61,893 nt of DNA, filler included, from Choristocarpus tenellus KU-1152 (GCA_964200185.2; 7 parts of 7 records of this genome joined end to end with filler, not necessarily neighbours in it), one strand, 5' to 3'; shown: positions 39,488 through 53,400, numbered from the whole stretch's first letter. Numbers and translations are program-made. The notes: a model not told the origin generated them from the letters alone.

Positions 39488-39899
39488 GATTGTGGCAATT
39501 TTTATATAGGTGGCATCCATCCAGTTGATTTTTCTCCCTGCTAGACTTGATCCCAATCCTCAAGCAATTCAAACTCTCAATGCGTCTCCTAAATTCAAAT
39601 CTGACCTTTCCAAAGCAGTCACATTGGGAATTGCACCATCTGTAAGCCAGTCAACCAAAGGGCCAGCCAAGACTCGACGACATAGACTGTTCCAGCTTTG
39701 GGGTCGTACTTTGTGTTGTCTGGAGACAAAATGTACAGAAAACACCATAATAATGTAGTCAATATAGGGGCACGATGCATCGTTTTTAGTAGGTGTCTGC
39801 AAGAATTGGGTGTTTACAACATCCATTTGTTATCAGTGAAATAGATGAGAAGTGGCAATGCATTAGGAAGTGTATCTATTCTTTGTCCTTACCGTTATC

Positions 39900-40004
39900 A
39901 TTTTTTATTATTTCTTCTTGTAGTAGTAATAGTAGTGGTAGTGATGTTATCATCATTATTACTATCATTATTATTAGATATATTATCATAATAATAATAA
40001 TAAT

Positions 40005-40039
<35 letters not shown>

Positions 40040-40040
40040 C
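39900..40040. repeat. Compound (AGT)n/(ATT/ATC/AAT)n microsatellite
   Basis: Direct reading. Confidence 0.9.
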
Positions 40041-41014
40041 CGAAACTCTTTTTAATGTGTATTTTACAATAGCCACACCTGACTAACTAGTACACCCCAT
40101 CTCACATTTTCCTGTTCACCGTCGTTTGAATACCAGTTCCTTACACTCAAGGCCATAGCCAGCCTTACGAGGAGGTTATCTGGGTTGAGTTTTGAAATAA
40201 GCATCCACGTCATCACGGTGAGACTGAACATGTTGAAGGCTACGAGGATGTCAACGGCCCAAATCCTGGGTCCAGCAAGAAAGAATCACGTTTAGCAGAC
40301 GCCATTTCGACCTTAGGAACATGCAAATAGCAATTTCAAGAGGTGGGTATAGATCAATTTTGAGGCTGACCGTAGGTGGAGAAAATATATATTGTTCTTT
40401 TCGTAAGTGCTATGTCCGGACCATTTCTGTAACCATGCTGTCACATTCGGAACGAAATACATTTACTCAACTTGCAACCTATCATTTATTACCATTTTTC
40501 TCTTTAGAATATGCAAGGTCCTGATAAATGATCTTTGTTACAATCTACATCCATTTAGTTAGGAACTTAGGAGAAGGTCAAGAATGGCGAGAAGATTTCC
40601 CAGTTGGAGTTTATATCACTGCCACCAGGCACTGGTGATGCAAAACAGACAGTCAGTCGTGCACCTAAAAGATGTTCTACCTACCTCTACTACTGCAGGG
40701 AGGGGAGCGCCAACCAGGGAATTGTCGAACGAGAAGAAGTGCATGGTCTACACCCCAAACTCGAGATATAGCAGGTAGTTGTATATCAATTGCAGCAGGG
40801 AAGGGAGTTGATGTGTCACTTTCCAACTTCTTCCTTGAAACGTCAGAAAATATAGGAAGGTTTCTGGCATGTCGACCAGTTCCTTCTGTTCTCTTTACAT
40901 TTCCCACCCTGACGAAGACCCCAGACTAGCAATTATAAAGTAAACTATTGGTACTATATATGTTTTACTCAGTACTAGTACAATACATCGTATTAATTAT
41001 TTTAATTTATATTA

Positions 41015-41960
41015 CACCCTCCGTTCTTTGCTTAGAGTTGACCTCGAATCACCGTGTTCCGTCATCTGAACACGTATGACAACCAGATCGCACAGGGTCA
41101 ATGCATGGACCTTGCACGACATCGCAAGTGGCGATGTGGCCCCCGTACATTAATCCTCGACGTTTGGTATGTCCATGGCACTTTTTTTCCCATGGAAACT
41201 TATTTATTATCTCCCAGTGCTGTGGAGGAGAGTATGGGAACTGGAAGGTCCCATCGGCCGCATTTTTTCCACGACGAATTCATAGGCCTCCTCACCTCTC
41301 TCGCTGTATAATCGTGGATAATAAGATACTTCCCTCGAACAATACCGATAAGTGTACGATGTGGAACAATTCCTCCATGTTTCGAAAGGTGTCATGCCAG
41401 AGATGTTGTGGGATGAGAGCATATCTGATTTAAGTGGCTGGAACATAAATGGGAGAAGTGACCATTTCTATACACGGTAACTTCATATACTGTAAAGCAC
41501 AGCAATACGAACTGTCGCCCTGTAGTGTGGTGCAAAGCTAGGTTGGAGAAATGGAAGTGGTGTAGCATAGCTGGAAGTCAATGGCAAACAACGTTCAGAG
41601 AGATATCTTTCACAATTACGACAACTGTTGCTTTCATAGGAGATACGATAATTAATTGGCGTTTCCCCTGCAACAGGTGAAAAATGTCAGAGGGCACAAT
41701 AATAATAAATTTGACACCAAGCGGTACCGGTACACATAATCTTGATGGCTTGTCTAAGGTACAGAGGGGAAATATTAACAATGAGAACTAAGATGTAAAA
41801 GATGAGAGATGCGTTGGTTCTTTTCCTGTTGACAGTGAACTGGTGCACACTTCAGGGATCTTGACAGAAGAATGGGTTCATCACATGTAAAAATTTCACT
41901 TACCTTCCAAAATTGCTTGACAGAGCTACCGAGAAACAGCTTCCAAAAACGTAAGATGTT
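41015..41960 (-). mobile_element. Possible Tc1/IS630-like transposase relic (related fragment at about 43470-43645 on +)
   Basis: End TA|CACCCTCCGTTC (Stowaway-like); broken YMKLPCIEMV (HCELNPIExxW-like) and AYEFVVEKMR near the C-terminus; short nucleotide similarity with 43470-43645. Confidence 0.35.
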
Positions 41961-42397
41961 CAAGTTCTTGTGTCAATCCCCTTGAGATTCCAAATGATGA
42001 GAACACTAACACATTCCATGAGCATTCACTTGAGTGTTCGATCTCATGAAACACTTGTTCAATTCATTATGAATTTGTTTCAAGACATGCTTCGAGATGA
42101 AAGGTGGCACTCCCCTGGCACGTGGTAGAACGTCAATCGAGTTCCAATGACAGTAAACACAGGCGTAGCATATGTGTAGTGAAATGGTCCAAGTAAAAGA
42201 GCTGAAGGATCATGATGAGTTGCGCTTTTCATTGTAACTTTTACATGTATTTATAGCGTGGAAACATTGGCCTCTACCTTTGCTCCTTGATATATAAATC
42301 TCTACAAAAAATCCATCTGCTTGCAATCATGCTTGCAACGACTCTGACCTAGCACCATTTCCTGCAAGTAAAATTGTGAGAGTGCAAGGGTCTGTGC

Positions 42398-42776
42398 TTA
42401 GTTGAAAGAGTAGGAGGCGCCCACAAGGTCATTGATGATGTAGGGCTGGTTGGAGAGCTCCTCATGCACCATCATAGCCAGAATACCCATCTGGGCGGCA
42501 CGCCCGTTGTTCAGCTCGATTGCCCGCTTCGATGCCTGGGTCTCCTCAGACATAGCGTCCCAAGAAGACGCGAACGGGTTGCCGCCGATAGTGAAGTCAC
42601 CAGGGAAGGAGCCCTCCACGTTCTTCATCACAGCCAGCTCCAGGAACCCGACGAATGCCACGATCTGGGCGAGGCCCAGGGGAGGGATCTTAGAGAGGGC
42701 GGCCACACCGTTAGGCATGTCAGCGAACGAAAGGTTCGCAGAGTTAGACAGCATGCCGGGCAGCCGAGTGTTCTGG
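42398..42776 (-). CDS. LHCF: Fucoxanthin-chlorophyll a/c light-harvesting protein (Lhcf/FCP), 3' part; 5' end lost in assembly spacer
   Basis: Open frame QNTRLPGMLSNSANLSFADMPNGVAALSKIPPLGLAQIVAFVGFLELAVMKNVEGSFPGDF...KRAIELNNGRAAQMGILAMMVHEELSNQPYIINDL..FN*. Contains the LHC helix-3 signature ELxNGRxA and has GC-rich codons against an AT-rich background. Confidence 0.95.
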
Positions 42777-42908
42777 NNNNNNNNNNNNNNNNNNNNNNNN
42801 NNNNNNNNNNNNNNNNNNNNTTAATTAATTAANNNNNNNNNNNNNNNNNNNNNNNNNNNNNNNNNNNNNNNNNNNNCCAGACAGCAAATGGAGGGAACCG
42901 CGGCCGGG

Positions 42909-42941
<33 letters not shown>

Positions 42942-43699
42942 TGTTGTTCCCCCCAGATTACCCGGTCTTTGCCTATGATTTCCACTAGGTCTTCGGAAGG
43001 GACACCTGTTGAAAGGAGGGTGTGGATGGACGATCTCAAGGCCCGGAGTGTGGGGCTCGCACAGACGGCTCATGAGAAGGACTCACCATGATGCCCTTGC
43101 TGCCTTGCTAGGAGGTTGAGGAGAGTGGCCACTAGTGATTCTACTAAAGCTGCGTGTTGGCGGTGTTTTATAGGGGAGAGGCCTAACCTCCCCGCACTTG
43201 TGGGCATCTGTGCCTGCACTTGTTCGTGGGTCTCTAGGTGCATCCATATGAAGGAAATTACTCTTACATCTGACACACTCACTGAAATGACATGAAAATC
43301 ATCACAGGGTCGCAAAGACCAGAATGGATGCCTGCACACAACCTTCTCGGATTCTATGGGCCTGGACCCGACCAAATTCTCCACCTTGGTCTTGGTCCGA
43401 CACTTGTCGGTATAGCCACGACATACTGTTACATAATGCTATTAAACATCGGGCGTACAATATAATATATATTATTGTGCCCTCTGATATTTTGCAGACG
43501 TGGGGAAAGTCAAGACTAAAACTATACGATAAAGACTAGACACATCAGCTGTCGTCAATGCTAAGGATACCTCCCTTGAATAAATACCATAATACTGCAT
43601 AGACAAATAATATGTACGTCGCTGTGCTTTATCCTAGCTTTGCCCAAAAAAGATGGACGAGGAGCTAGGGAAGCAACCCAAAAATCTGTCAGGCTACCT

Positions 43700-45500
43700 G
43701 CCCCATGTCTCTAGATTGGAATACATGACGGTTCTCGAGAGAGCCACTGTGCAGTGACGGATACTGTCTGTCTCAAAGAAACTTGACAGCTTCCTTCCTG
43801 CAATGCCCCCCAGTTTTTGTTCCCCCTGTTTCACGGGTGGCCAGTTCATCCAGGAAAACCTCTACTTGCTTACCAAGGTGTCCAAACTTTGCACCATTAA
43901 GGTGTTGAGGTTTAAACTACGATAAAAGATCCCTCGTAGTAGGTGCACTTTCATGGCTTGGTTACAGCAACAACTACGCCATTACAGACGACAGGGTGTT
44001 TGGACCTCTGTTTCTAATCCGTTGAGCTTGCCGTATGGAATAGCATTATCAAAAACAGATTTTGTTAAAGAAGTCTAGTGTCGAAGGGGTTTGGGCCACC
44101 TAAATTCATGAGGGTAGACCCTCCCTTAACTGGTATCCAACGCACGAATGGATATCATATGCATACCATTTTTCTCCGTTTTTCCTTCCACTCATTTGTT
44201 TTTCTATAATGGTTCTGGTTTTCTTTTTGTGACAGAGTGTTTGTTCCGTACCTTTTCTACAGGTCTGTAATCCCTTGAAGAAATGCGGTCAAACAATAGA
44301 TAACTTTCTGAAATGTCAACATATATCCATTGTACCTTCCATGTGGACATCGGATAATGGAACCAGTTCTGTAGGATTAGTTGCTACAAAAACGTCCAAA
44401 CTACACACATCTCATTGATGGAAATGGACAAGATCGTCCAACTACTTGCCTCAAAATACAACCATGTGGGCACTCTGACAAGACCATACCAACGTCGAAT
44501 CGTCAAGTTGATGATGACAGTTCTCCAATGGTAGAAGATATGGAGACAGGATTTCTTCTCAGACGATAGTCATTTCTATCGACTAAGCGATATTGCAACC
44601 AAGTTGCAATTTATCACACCGGAAGTTTGGGTTGGGGAGATGGTCAAGGTGAGTAGTAGAGCCTGCCAAGTTACCCTCGTCAAATACCCCAGCAGATCTG
44701 GGGGCAGTTTCAGAGGGGATAGATACCCCGGCCTGCCAACTGGGGCTTGGTTCCTGGATAATGTTTTGCCTTCCCGGATGGTGCGATATCGAAATTCGCA
44801 ACATGGATACCACTTTGGTCCATATTTCACGTTTATTCAAGTTGCCGAGTCCAGTGTGGGGAATGGCATGGCAAGGAGTGGGTAAGGATGCATCATTTTT
44901 CAGATAAGGTATTTTCTGCCTGTGGATTGACGCATAGTCTTGGGAGTAGAGGAGCTTTATGTCTAAACATTTTTCCTCATTCTGTCAGTAACATCATCCC
45001 AGCATCGCACCTTTCAATCCCCTCGATGGTTGAGGGACAAGGTGACTACTATGCTGCTCAACACGATGTACCTTTCGGAGACCTCGGATCCGGTGTGCGA
45101 ATTCTGCTGGCTACTCATGATGCACTTCTTGTCAAGCCACTCGCTGTGACACTCAATAGGCATGTTCACAGTCCGAGTCAGAGAGTAAGTAATGGTTGAG
45201 GCCACACCTTGTGCTGCACCACCCACACTTGCAGCTAATGCAACTCCTGTCATCACCGCATTGGTGATGATGAGCATCATGCGTACCCATGGCTGGTGGT
45301 GGTGAGACTCCAGTGCATGTGTTACACAAGGAGTAGGGGCGATGACACTCCCTTGCTTGGATTGGCTCTACTGGCTGGAAAACGAGGCGATGTTGCTCCA
45401 GCGCGGGTGGTAACTGGGGTGTCTGTGTGAAGACCTGCGATAGCATTCCTGGGGGTGAAAATGAGTTGGCGAGTGAGTATCTCTCTGATTGATAGGATGC
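43700..45500 (-). mobile_element. Degenerate RLE-type non-LTR relic with N-terminal zinc-finger-like motif
   Basis: CKCGWCSTRCGLNH (CxxC..STxxGLxxH-like), then TIGEL (PIAIGE), *FGRF, IYVDISESY (xDxxxAF) in order on -. Boundaries approximate. Confidence 0.35.
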
Positions 45501-45956
45501 ATGCCTCTGATGTACGTGGTTTATCCTCAGCCTTTAGAAGGTACAATCCTTACATGAATACAATCTAATTTATATAAAACGATTTCCCCCCTAATTATTG
45601 CCTGTCTCAGGGTTATCGGGCTTTGACGGAGTGCACTGGTTTAACGAATGGAACATGTGTACGGGTAACCTCTGACCTTCGATGCAAAACTGTCGAGATT
45701 ACCGCCCTCTCTTTGCCCTGAGACGTTTTGCATCCGTGTTGAGTGGGTGAATATTGCACTTCTTGAATACTCTCTTTATTGTGTCAGAGACAGTCCTCCG
45801 CATCTTCTCCCATACCCCTGTTAATTTTCCATCCCACCTGGCTGAGTTGATTATCACCATACCTCCTGTGCATACCCACCACTTCTCCTATGAGGCGTGG
45901 TACAAGATTTAAAGTTTGGCGCTGGTGCTATTGTTGTTTGGCTGCAACGAAATAGA

Positions 45957-46214
45957 GAGCCAAAGTATCTTAAAGGGTAGAACCGCGTCCATTGGGGGAC
46001 CAAAATCCGATGTTACGATTTTGATGTAAATTTGGTTATCGTGTTTGTTAGGAAGTGTCAATATCCTTGTTCTGAAGACACCTTTTCATAACGTATACAT
46101 TTTACCTACTCCGAGATATTTTAGAGTAGAAAAATGTCATAAAAACCCCGAAAGAAACCAAGCCCCAAATGGACAAACAGGGAAAAACTCGTACCCTCTA
46201 AGATACTTTCACTC
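45957..46214. mobile_element. MITE family B copy (opposite orientation)
   Basis: GAGCCAAAGTATCTTAAAGGG ... CCCTCTAAGATACTTTCACTC; flanks TAGA/CAGA (4-bp TSD with one mismatch). Confidence 0.85.
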
Positions 46215-46900
46215 CAGAGCAAGGCACGGAAGACAAAATAGAGGAAGCAGCTGATCATCATTGTTTGCACCCAAAAGAGAAGCATTGTCTGTATGTTTTG
46301 CCTCAATACTAGAATGGAAGCTAGTTTATGAAAAATGTGTCTGCAGGTGCCACAGCTGCCTATTGGAATTCAATTTAAGTAGGAGTTACCGCCTGTATAT
46401 GGCTATCGGAAGGGGAATTATTCAAATTTGAACTGTCCTACAACTGTAAGAAACTTAGGCCAACCGGTGCCTGATCAATCTCAGAGTCGCCACTCCCAAG
46501 GAAGAACACATGGATGTTGGTCATGAGGAGGTCAAGGCTGACTGGATCCTGGTGGCTGCCATGGTCATCAGTATACAGACACACCAATCAGGTGGGGTCC
46601 CCCTTCTCTTCCTGTTATATTTTTTGATGTGCTCCATAAAACTATATGTACACTTTATTCCAGCGACCTGGTCCCGTATGACAATTGGAGTCATAGAAGT
46701 GCGGATAACTTGATAGTGTTACCCTATTTTTGTGATCAACGGGCATGATTATCTATGTTCAGGATAAACGAATACCGCAACAGGCAACAATGCATGGATT
46801 TTACACCAGAGTCAGGTCAGCCTCCATGAAAAACAAATCAAGTACTAGATTCATCTGCCAACTATTACAGTGCATGCTTGGACCACAATATTGTTCCAAT

Positions 46901-47147
46901 GGAGGGGGGGGGTATCAAAGCTGTTTAGTCTATCCACTGAATTTCACTGCTAGCAACAGCTACAACTATTTTTGTGTTGGTGCATCAACTTCTGTGTGCT
47001 GTGTCAGAGGCCTGGCGTGAACATGTGCTGACCCAAAGTATCTGGGAGGGGGGGGGGTATCAAAGCTGTTTAGTCTATCCACTGAATTTCACTGCTAGCA
47101 ACAGCTACAACTATTTTTGTGTTGGTGCATCAACTTCTGTGTGCTGT
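46901..47147 (+). repeat. About 100-bp near-exact direct repeat at a contig end with a MITE A terminus between the copies
   Basis: 46901-47002 matches 47045-47147. Confidence 0.9.
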
Positions 47148-47458
47148 NNNNNNNNNNNNNNNNNNNNNNNNNNNNNNNNNNNNNNNNNNNNTTAATTAAT
47201 TAANNNNNNNNNNNNNNNNNNNNNNNNNNNNNNNNNNNNNNNNNNNNCTGTGCCCCCAGCCAACCAGAATTCTCCCGCCCACAAAACTCAGTTTACTTCA
47301 TCAACTCTCACTTCATTCACCCTTTCCGCATATGAACAAAAAGAGATTTGTTTTGGTGAAAAAGCCTCCCTACGGTCTTGTTGATCAATCTCTTAATCCA
47401 CACCACATTCCACACTCATTTGTGGGTGGTATAGGTGTAAACGAGAAGAGGAATAAGG

Positions 47459-50400
47459 ATGGGTTCATTTTTCATATCTCCGGAGGATCTTCCTGATGAC
47501 ATTTATGGCTTCGGCCAGCTTTTGTTTCTCCTTGTGGTGTATGGATATATCCTTTACAGGTGTAACTCCGCTTTTTGTTGTTTTAGGTATATACCAAGCA
47601 CATAATCCACTAGCCCAGATGCTTATAGTGTTAAAGTCATGCTGTAGCGTGTCGCATCTTTCTCTCTAGAGAAATTAGTACCGGCCCATGTTCGTTTGCT
47701 GGAGTCAGTTCATTTCTTACGTCAATTCCATTTTCCTTTTACAGTTTATAGTCTTACTACGACTTCGGACAATGTTTTGCTGCACAGCCCAACTTTACAA
47801 CCCTCTTGTTAACCCACAGTCGCTAGCCTCTCGGCGTGAATAACACTTTGTGGAGTGATTCCGTCTACTGTGCTAGAGTCTGTCAGTCGCATACTAACTT
47901 TTAAATATTCGGACTTTCTCGGTGTCCACATTCCACGCTGTGTTGTGACCTATGATCCCAAGCGCATCCAACATGATATCAAATGGCTCCGAACTACTTC
48001 TATTAGTACCCCCTGTGGCTGGGCTAGTTGGATCGGTTGTGCTTCCAGTGCTTGGTGCAGTCCCGGATGGGGCGATCGTGCTTTTTTCTGGGATGGGCGA
48101 GGATGCTCAAAGTCAACTGTCTGTGGGAGTTGGGGCACTGGCAGGGTCGACAATCATGCTCCTCACCGTCCCATGGTTAGTAGTAGCGTGTCCGAATTGA
48201 GTACCTGTCTAGGTCTTGGGAAAATTTCTGGGACTTGACGTGCTTTATTGCGCGACGTAAAATACCGTGACTGAGATGTTGCAATATGTGTCGAGACCTG
48301 AACCACCATTTTCTTCTCGTTGGGATGGATTTGTTTTTAGAAAGAGAGTATCACCTTTTGGGGGGCGTTAGGTTGGAATCATCACATTGTCACGACTGCT
48401 TCCTGTACATCATGGAGCAGAGAGGTCAAAAGAAACAGTGAAGGAGGTTGAGCCTGCAATTAAGATCTCTCTGACATGTTATTATTTGTAGCTTAACAAT
48501 TTTGTCGAGCTATGGTATTGACCATGCTCCAAGGAGATGTCAAGCCGTACCGCCAATTTCTATCTCACGTATTTTTTTCTGGTATATTTATGTAGGGGGA
48601 GGGAATGCCATCTCATGGTCAAAGTATTTGTGTTGTGTGGGCTTTCTTCGGGCGCTCACCGCCGTATGACCGTATGCAATGTGTATGCTTTCTTGTTGGT
48701 GTTACACATAGGTTCATTGCAGTATATGCAGGACGTGTGGACATTGATAAAGAGTCGGTCCTTGCAGTGTACAAGCGCCCAGCCAATGCAGCGAGGTGGA
48801 CAAAGCTCACACAAAACCTCTCAACAACAGACACTATCTTCTCAACAGGGGTGACAGGCAGCCCTCAAATTAGGAAGGGTGGGGGCTTGATGATTCTCAC
48901 GGCTGTGAGCTACTTAGTCATTCAGGCAAGGGACACACGCTTTCCTGAATCCCAATCAGTCTACATCTCAAGATCCTCCTATCACGTAGCCCATAGCACC
49001 ATTGCACTCCTGTTGGATAGAGAAGCTCTGCCATTCCCACAAATAGAGGGAATTGTGCTTTTCATAGCAAATCCATTAGAGGAGAGGACTTTGTTAGATT
49101 GATACTGTGTTGTGCAGAAGATGGATAAGGTGAATGTTCATCTTGCTGTCATTGTTGCTATGCCGTTGCCTTCACTCAACAGGGTCCTGCCTTCTTCTTC
49201 ACCGGCACTGATTCTGAAATCTCTTCCCTTGAGTCAGGATTTGCCCTTGGTGGGCTCGTCCTATGCGTTGTCCTTTTTGTTGGGTATCTTCTGTACCAGT
49301 ATGCCCTCTCAAAGACAGACAACGATCAGGTCAGAGATACAAAGATAATTTTGCTTGGTATAGAGTTGCTGTAGATGAAGCAGTTACTCTTGTTGGGAGG
49401 TACAAGAGGAGCGATTTTGTTTTATTTTGTTTCACGTTGTGTTGAAAAAATCTCTCCTTTCAACACAATGTGGAAGTAAGTCAAGGTGACTAGTTTGCAC
49501 AAATGTGGAAGGCATTTTCGATTTTTTTCTCTTGTTGCTGTCGATCAGGTTTGATGTCCATGTTCAGTGTGAACCATGAGTAGGGGGATAGGTTACATTC
49601 CGTATCCTTTCTCGCCTCCACTTCCATGCATACATGGGTGTTTCATGTGCATTTGAATGCTTTCTGCGTAACACAGCCTGTAGCTATATAGGGTCTTGTC
49701 GAGGGTTTTTGTTTGTAGATGAGCATCGCTACAGGCAATGTGGTTCAAGCTCCTGCATGAGGAAAGCGGTGGTTCATTGTTGTACGTTGGGAAGACACTG
49801 GAGGCATCAAAGATTGCTCTATGAATAGATTACTTTAGCAGAGGTTGTGTACACAAAGAGATGGTATCACTTTGTTTGTATTTCCACTGTGCTGCTCTGA
49901 ATAGGTGCTTGAGGACTTCATGGAAGAAGTTCGACGTGATAAGATCCTCAAGGGACAAATCTCCCTGCTAGGAGTGATGAAGGTAGGTAGAAGTGCCAGT
50001 CTTTGTACCTATGACCACACCAAGATCTCAGGGTGTGTGTGTGAAGTGACCTCAACATGGAACATTTCCTAAAATAGAATGATGCATCCAAGGGTACAGG
50101 GCCTGATACAAAGATGAAAAGGACAGGTTATCAGTGTACACTGTTACATGAATTGAGCCTCTCATACTGATGCTTATACTGACTGATGCTGCAGGGATAC
50201 TGCATAAGAAATAAGAATTGAATACCACCAACATCACAGTGCTTTATTTAATTGTCATGTAGTACTAGTACACATGACAATACTCCATGCATCAATACGG
50301 CATGTCTGAGAGCCCTTTCTTGATGTGTACAGTGTGCACTATTGTGCCAGTCACATCACTAACTTGTTGCTCTACTTACAGTGCAAACTGTGCTCAAAAG

Positions 50401-53400
50401 GTCAGCCGTGAACTCATTAAATTCCTGTCACTGTTTTGTATCCTTGCAAGCAAAAGTCTTGTTTTGAAGAGGATGTCACTCTTTTTATTCTTAACACATT
50501 GCTGTTCTCTTTTGTCTCTCATGTCCCGTGGTGATGGTGATTACTGCCCTAGGCGGAGCTGGCTGGTGTTACAGCCACTGCAGAAGGCTACGAGGCTGTC
50601 GAGGTTTGCAGGGGGGTGCGGTACCATTTTTGGCTTGATGGTACATCCGCTACATCTGTTTTGAGGGCATGTAAAAACTGCAACAAGATCTGTTTTTATG
50701 CCCAACACAAGTGTATACACAAGTTTCAGTTGAACTCTCTCCCCTACTGTTGTGCATTGTAGGATTGATCCAATCGGTGTGACTTACGCCATACTCTTAT
50801 ACTCTTTATACTCTTATACTCTTATACTCTTATACTCTTTATACTCTTGTTGCCCCCCCTTGCAATCACACCTTGTTTATGTTGTATATATAGTGCAAGC
50901 GAGAAATTTTGTGGTGAACAATCATCAATCACTGATGTGACTGTATGTGAATGTATGTGTCTCGTTGCAATCCCACGTAAACAATCAAGACTGCTTCTGT
51001 CTCCCTTGATGAGAAAGTAATTCTCTGCTGCTTATTGTGCTGGAGGAGGAGGTGAAGTTAAGCATTCACTCCACGCTGCAACGTGGAGCCCTTTACCTCC
51101 ATCTTGTCAGAGGTGTAGCATTCACTACCAGTACTTTTTCTTTGTCACAGGCCCCTCTTCTACCCGAAAAGCCATTGAGACGCCTTGAGAGTCTGCTGCG
51201 GCCTTTCTTTGATAAGTATGATGAGGACTCTTCAGGTCACCTAGACATACAGGAGCTTGGTGCGGTATTCCATGACCTTCAAGAAAACATAAAACAGAAG
51301 GTACTTTACTGTTTTTTTTGTAAGGTGTCTGTTATACGAGACGGGCGGGTATTTGGAGGCATTACTGTTTCATTTTGTTATGCGAATGGACGGTGGATGA
51401 TTTGTGGACAATGCGTTCAGAATGTTCTGAGAAATTTCTTCGTTCTTATTTATTGTTGTTGGAATTATCTTCTCGTGGTTGTCTGTTTTTTCCTCTTTTA
51501 TTTTGTCAATAATATATATACATCTATATACAAATATATTAGTGTGTATGAAATTGTAACCAGGAGTTAATTAAAGTGTTTTTTTCTCTTCCTCTGCATA
51601 GTTGGTGTGTTAGTTGGCTCCATTCCTTCCTTTCTTCCGGATTATCACGTGCAAGGCTAAGCAGTTATCATCAACCCCACGGTGTGTAGACCCCCTTTTA
51701 CTGGCACTAGCCTGTTGTGGACTGCAAGTAATTTTATGACCCTTTATAATGTCAGAAGTATGTGATACCACTGGTATGCGTTTGTGATGGGTCTGTCCTG
51801 TGTTTCAAGTCCCCTCCAAGATTTTGCACAAAGCAGTGTTGCACTTGTTACTACTATCGAGTCACTAGGTTTGATTCAAAAGTAATTAAGTTATTTTGAT
51901 ATTTGAGTCGTCGTATTATTAAGTTATTAGATTGAGTTATTGTCTCATTTGAGTTATTAACTAATTGTGTTTTTATTTTTTTATTTTGCTCGTTTATTTT
52001 TTTTTTCAGTGTTTCATAGCATCATTCATATACAATAAGTAGCCGGTTGACCATCACTGTTAGAAAGCAGTAGTTGAAAGGGGGAAGATCCTGACCCTAA
52101 CCCTAATATCCTCAAGTTCTCAGACTGAAAAGGGTACAAAATTGTTCCTGTGTGAACAATCGTTTTTTCTCGGTGGCTCTTGATATATCAGCGGATACAG
52201 TGGTCTTCCTGGAAATTTCTTGTGGCATGTTACAAGGTAGTTATGTTTGGGTGGTGAAGTTCACCGCTGCTATTGTTTTGTTGGAAAAAACAAAACAGAT
52301 GTGAGAAATGTTTCTACATCATTGCGTGTACTCATACATCGACATCGGAAATATATTTTTCTTTCCGTTCCAAAACATGTACCTTTTTTTACCTTGGATC
52401 CGTTCCAAAACATGTACCTTTTTTGTACCTTGGATCCAGTTATCTAGTTAGTTATCTAGTTAATTATCCAATGCGATACAACTAATCGGGTCATCAACGC
52501 ATGACCTACTTTCTTTCATGTTTTTTGTGGACTCTTATCATCAGAGCAAATTTTTTTTTCAACCCTTGGAAAATCTTCCATGTTTTTTCACATCCATTTA
52601 CATCATAGTGTTCGTTGGTCTTCTCTGTTCTCACACAAAGAAAATTCCAAGCCGCTTAACTTTTGATTCGATTCTGAAAAGGTCTCCGAGCCGGTCAAGA
52701 ATATCCCATGTATATTATGAAGCAACTTTGGAATGTTTGGGAAGGGGTTTGTTGTACTGTTGTTCTACTGTGTAGATACCACTCAAATAGGCATTTAGGT
52801 GATCCAGATGTGGATCTTAGGTCAGATAGGGATACTATCTTCAGTCAGCAAAGATCAAGAAGGGGTACTTGGTTGAAGTAGTAGATGTCATGAGGAGGTA
52901 CACCTCTGTGTTCTAGACAAAGGGCACAATTTTGTTAAAAACATGCTCATTACCACATCCATATCGCTCAGTCCTTCCATACAGGTGATAGTGATGAGTC
53001 AATTTCCTTTTGAATGGTGTTGTACCCACCTTTGCCTGCTTGTGTCCTTTCCTATCAATTTTATATTCGCTTGTGACCCTCATTGTGTTTTCATTGTTAA
53101 TTTTAATGGGTCTCTCATCCCTTAGTGAACCAACTATTCTATCGTAGGGGATGTTTGGTTACATCTATACATGTATCCACTGAAGTGATAATAGCAATAT
53201 GACTCAGTCATAGGGTGACATCAATTTTGCTGAAGTGGAAGTACAACTTCCATCTTTCTTACCCTTACCCTTGCCCTTGCAGGAACTGACAGAACTCTAC
53301 AAGGACTTCGATAGCGACAACTCTGGGCTAATTGACTTCCAAGAGTTTGTATCTGGTGTTGCGAAGTTTGTTATTCAAAAGAGGAATCAGTCAGAAGAGG

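Noticed and set aside
39876-40086. Poly-Ile/Ser/Leu ORFs
   Set aside because: Translations of a trinucleotide microsatellite.
42398-42776. Lhcf as contamination or HGT because of high GC
   Set aside because: The protein fits the inferred host lineage and is contiguous with AT-rich flank; codon bias of a highly expressed gene explains the GC.
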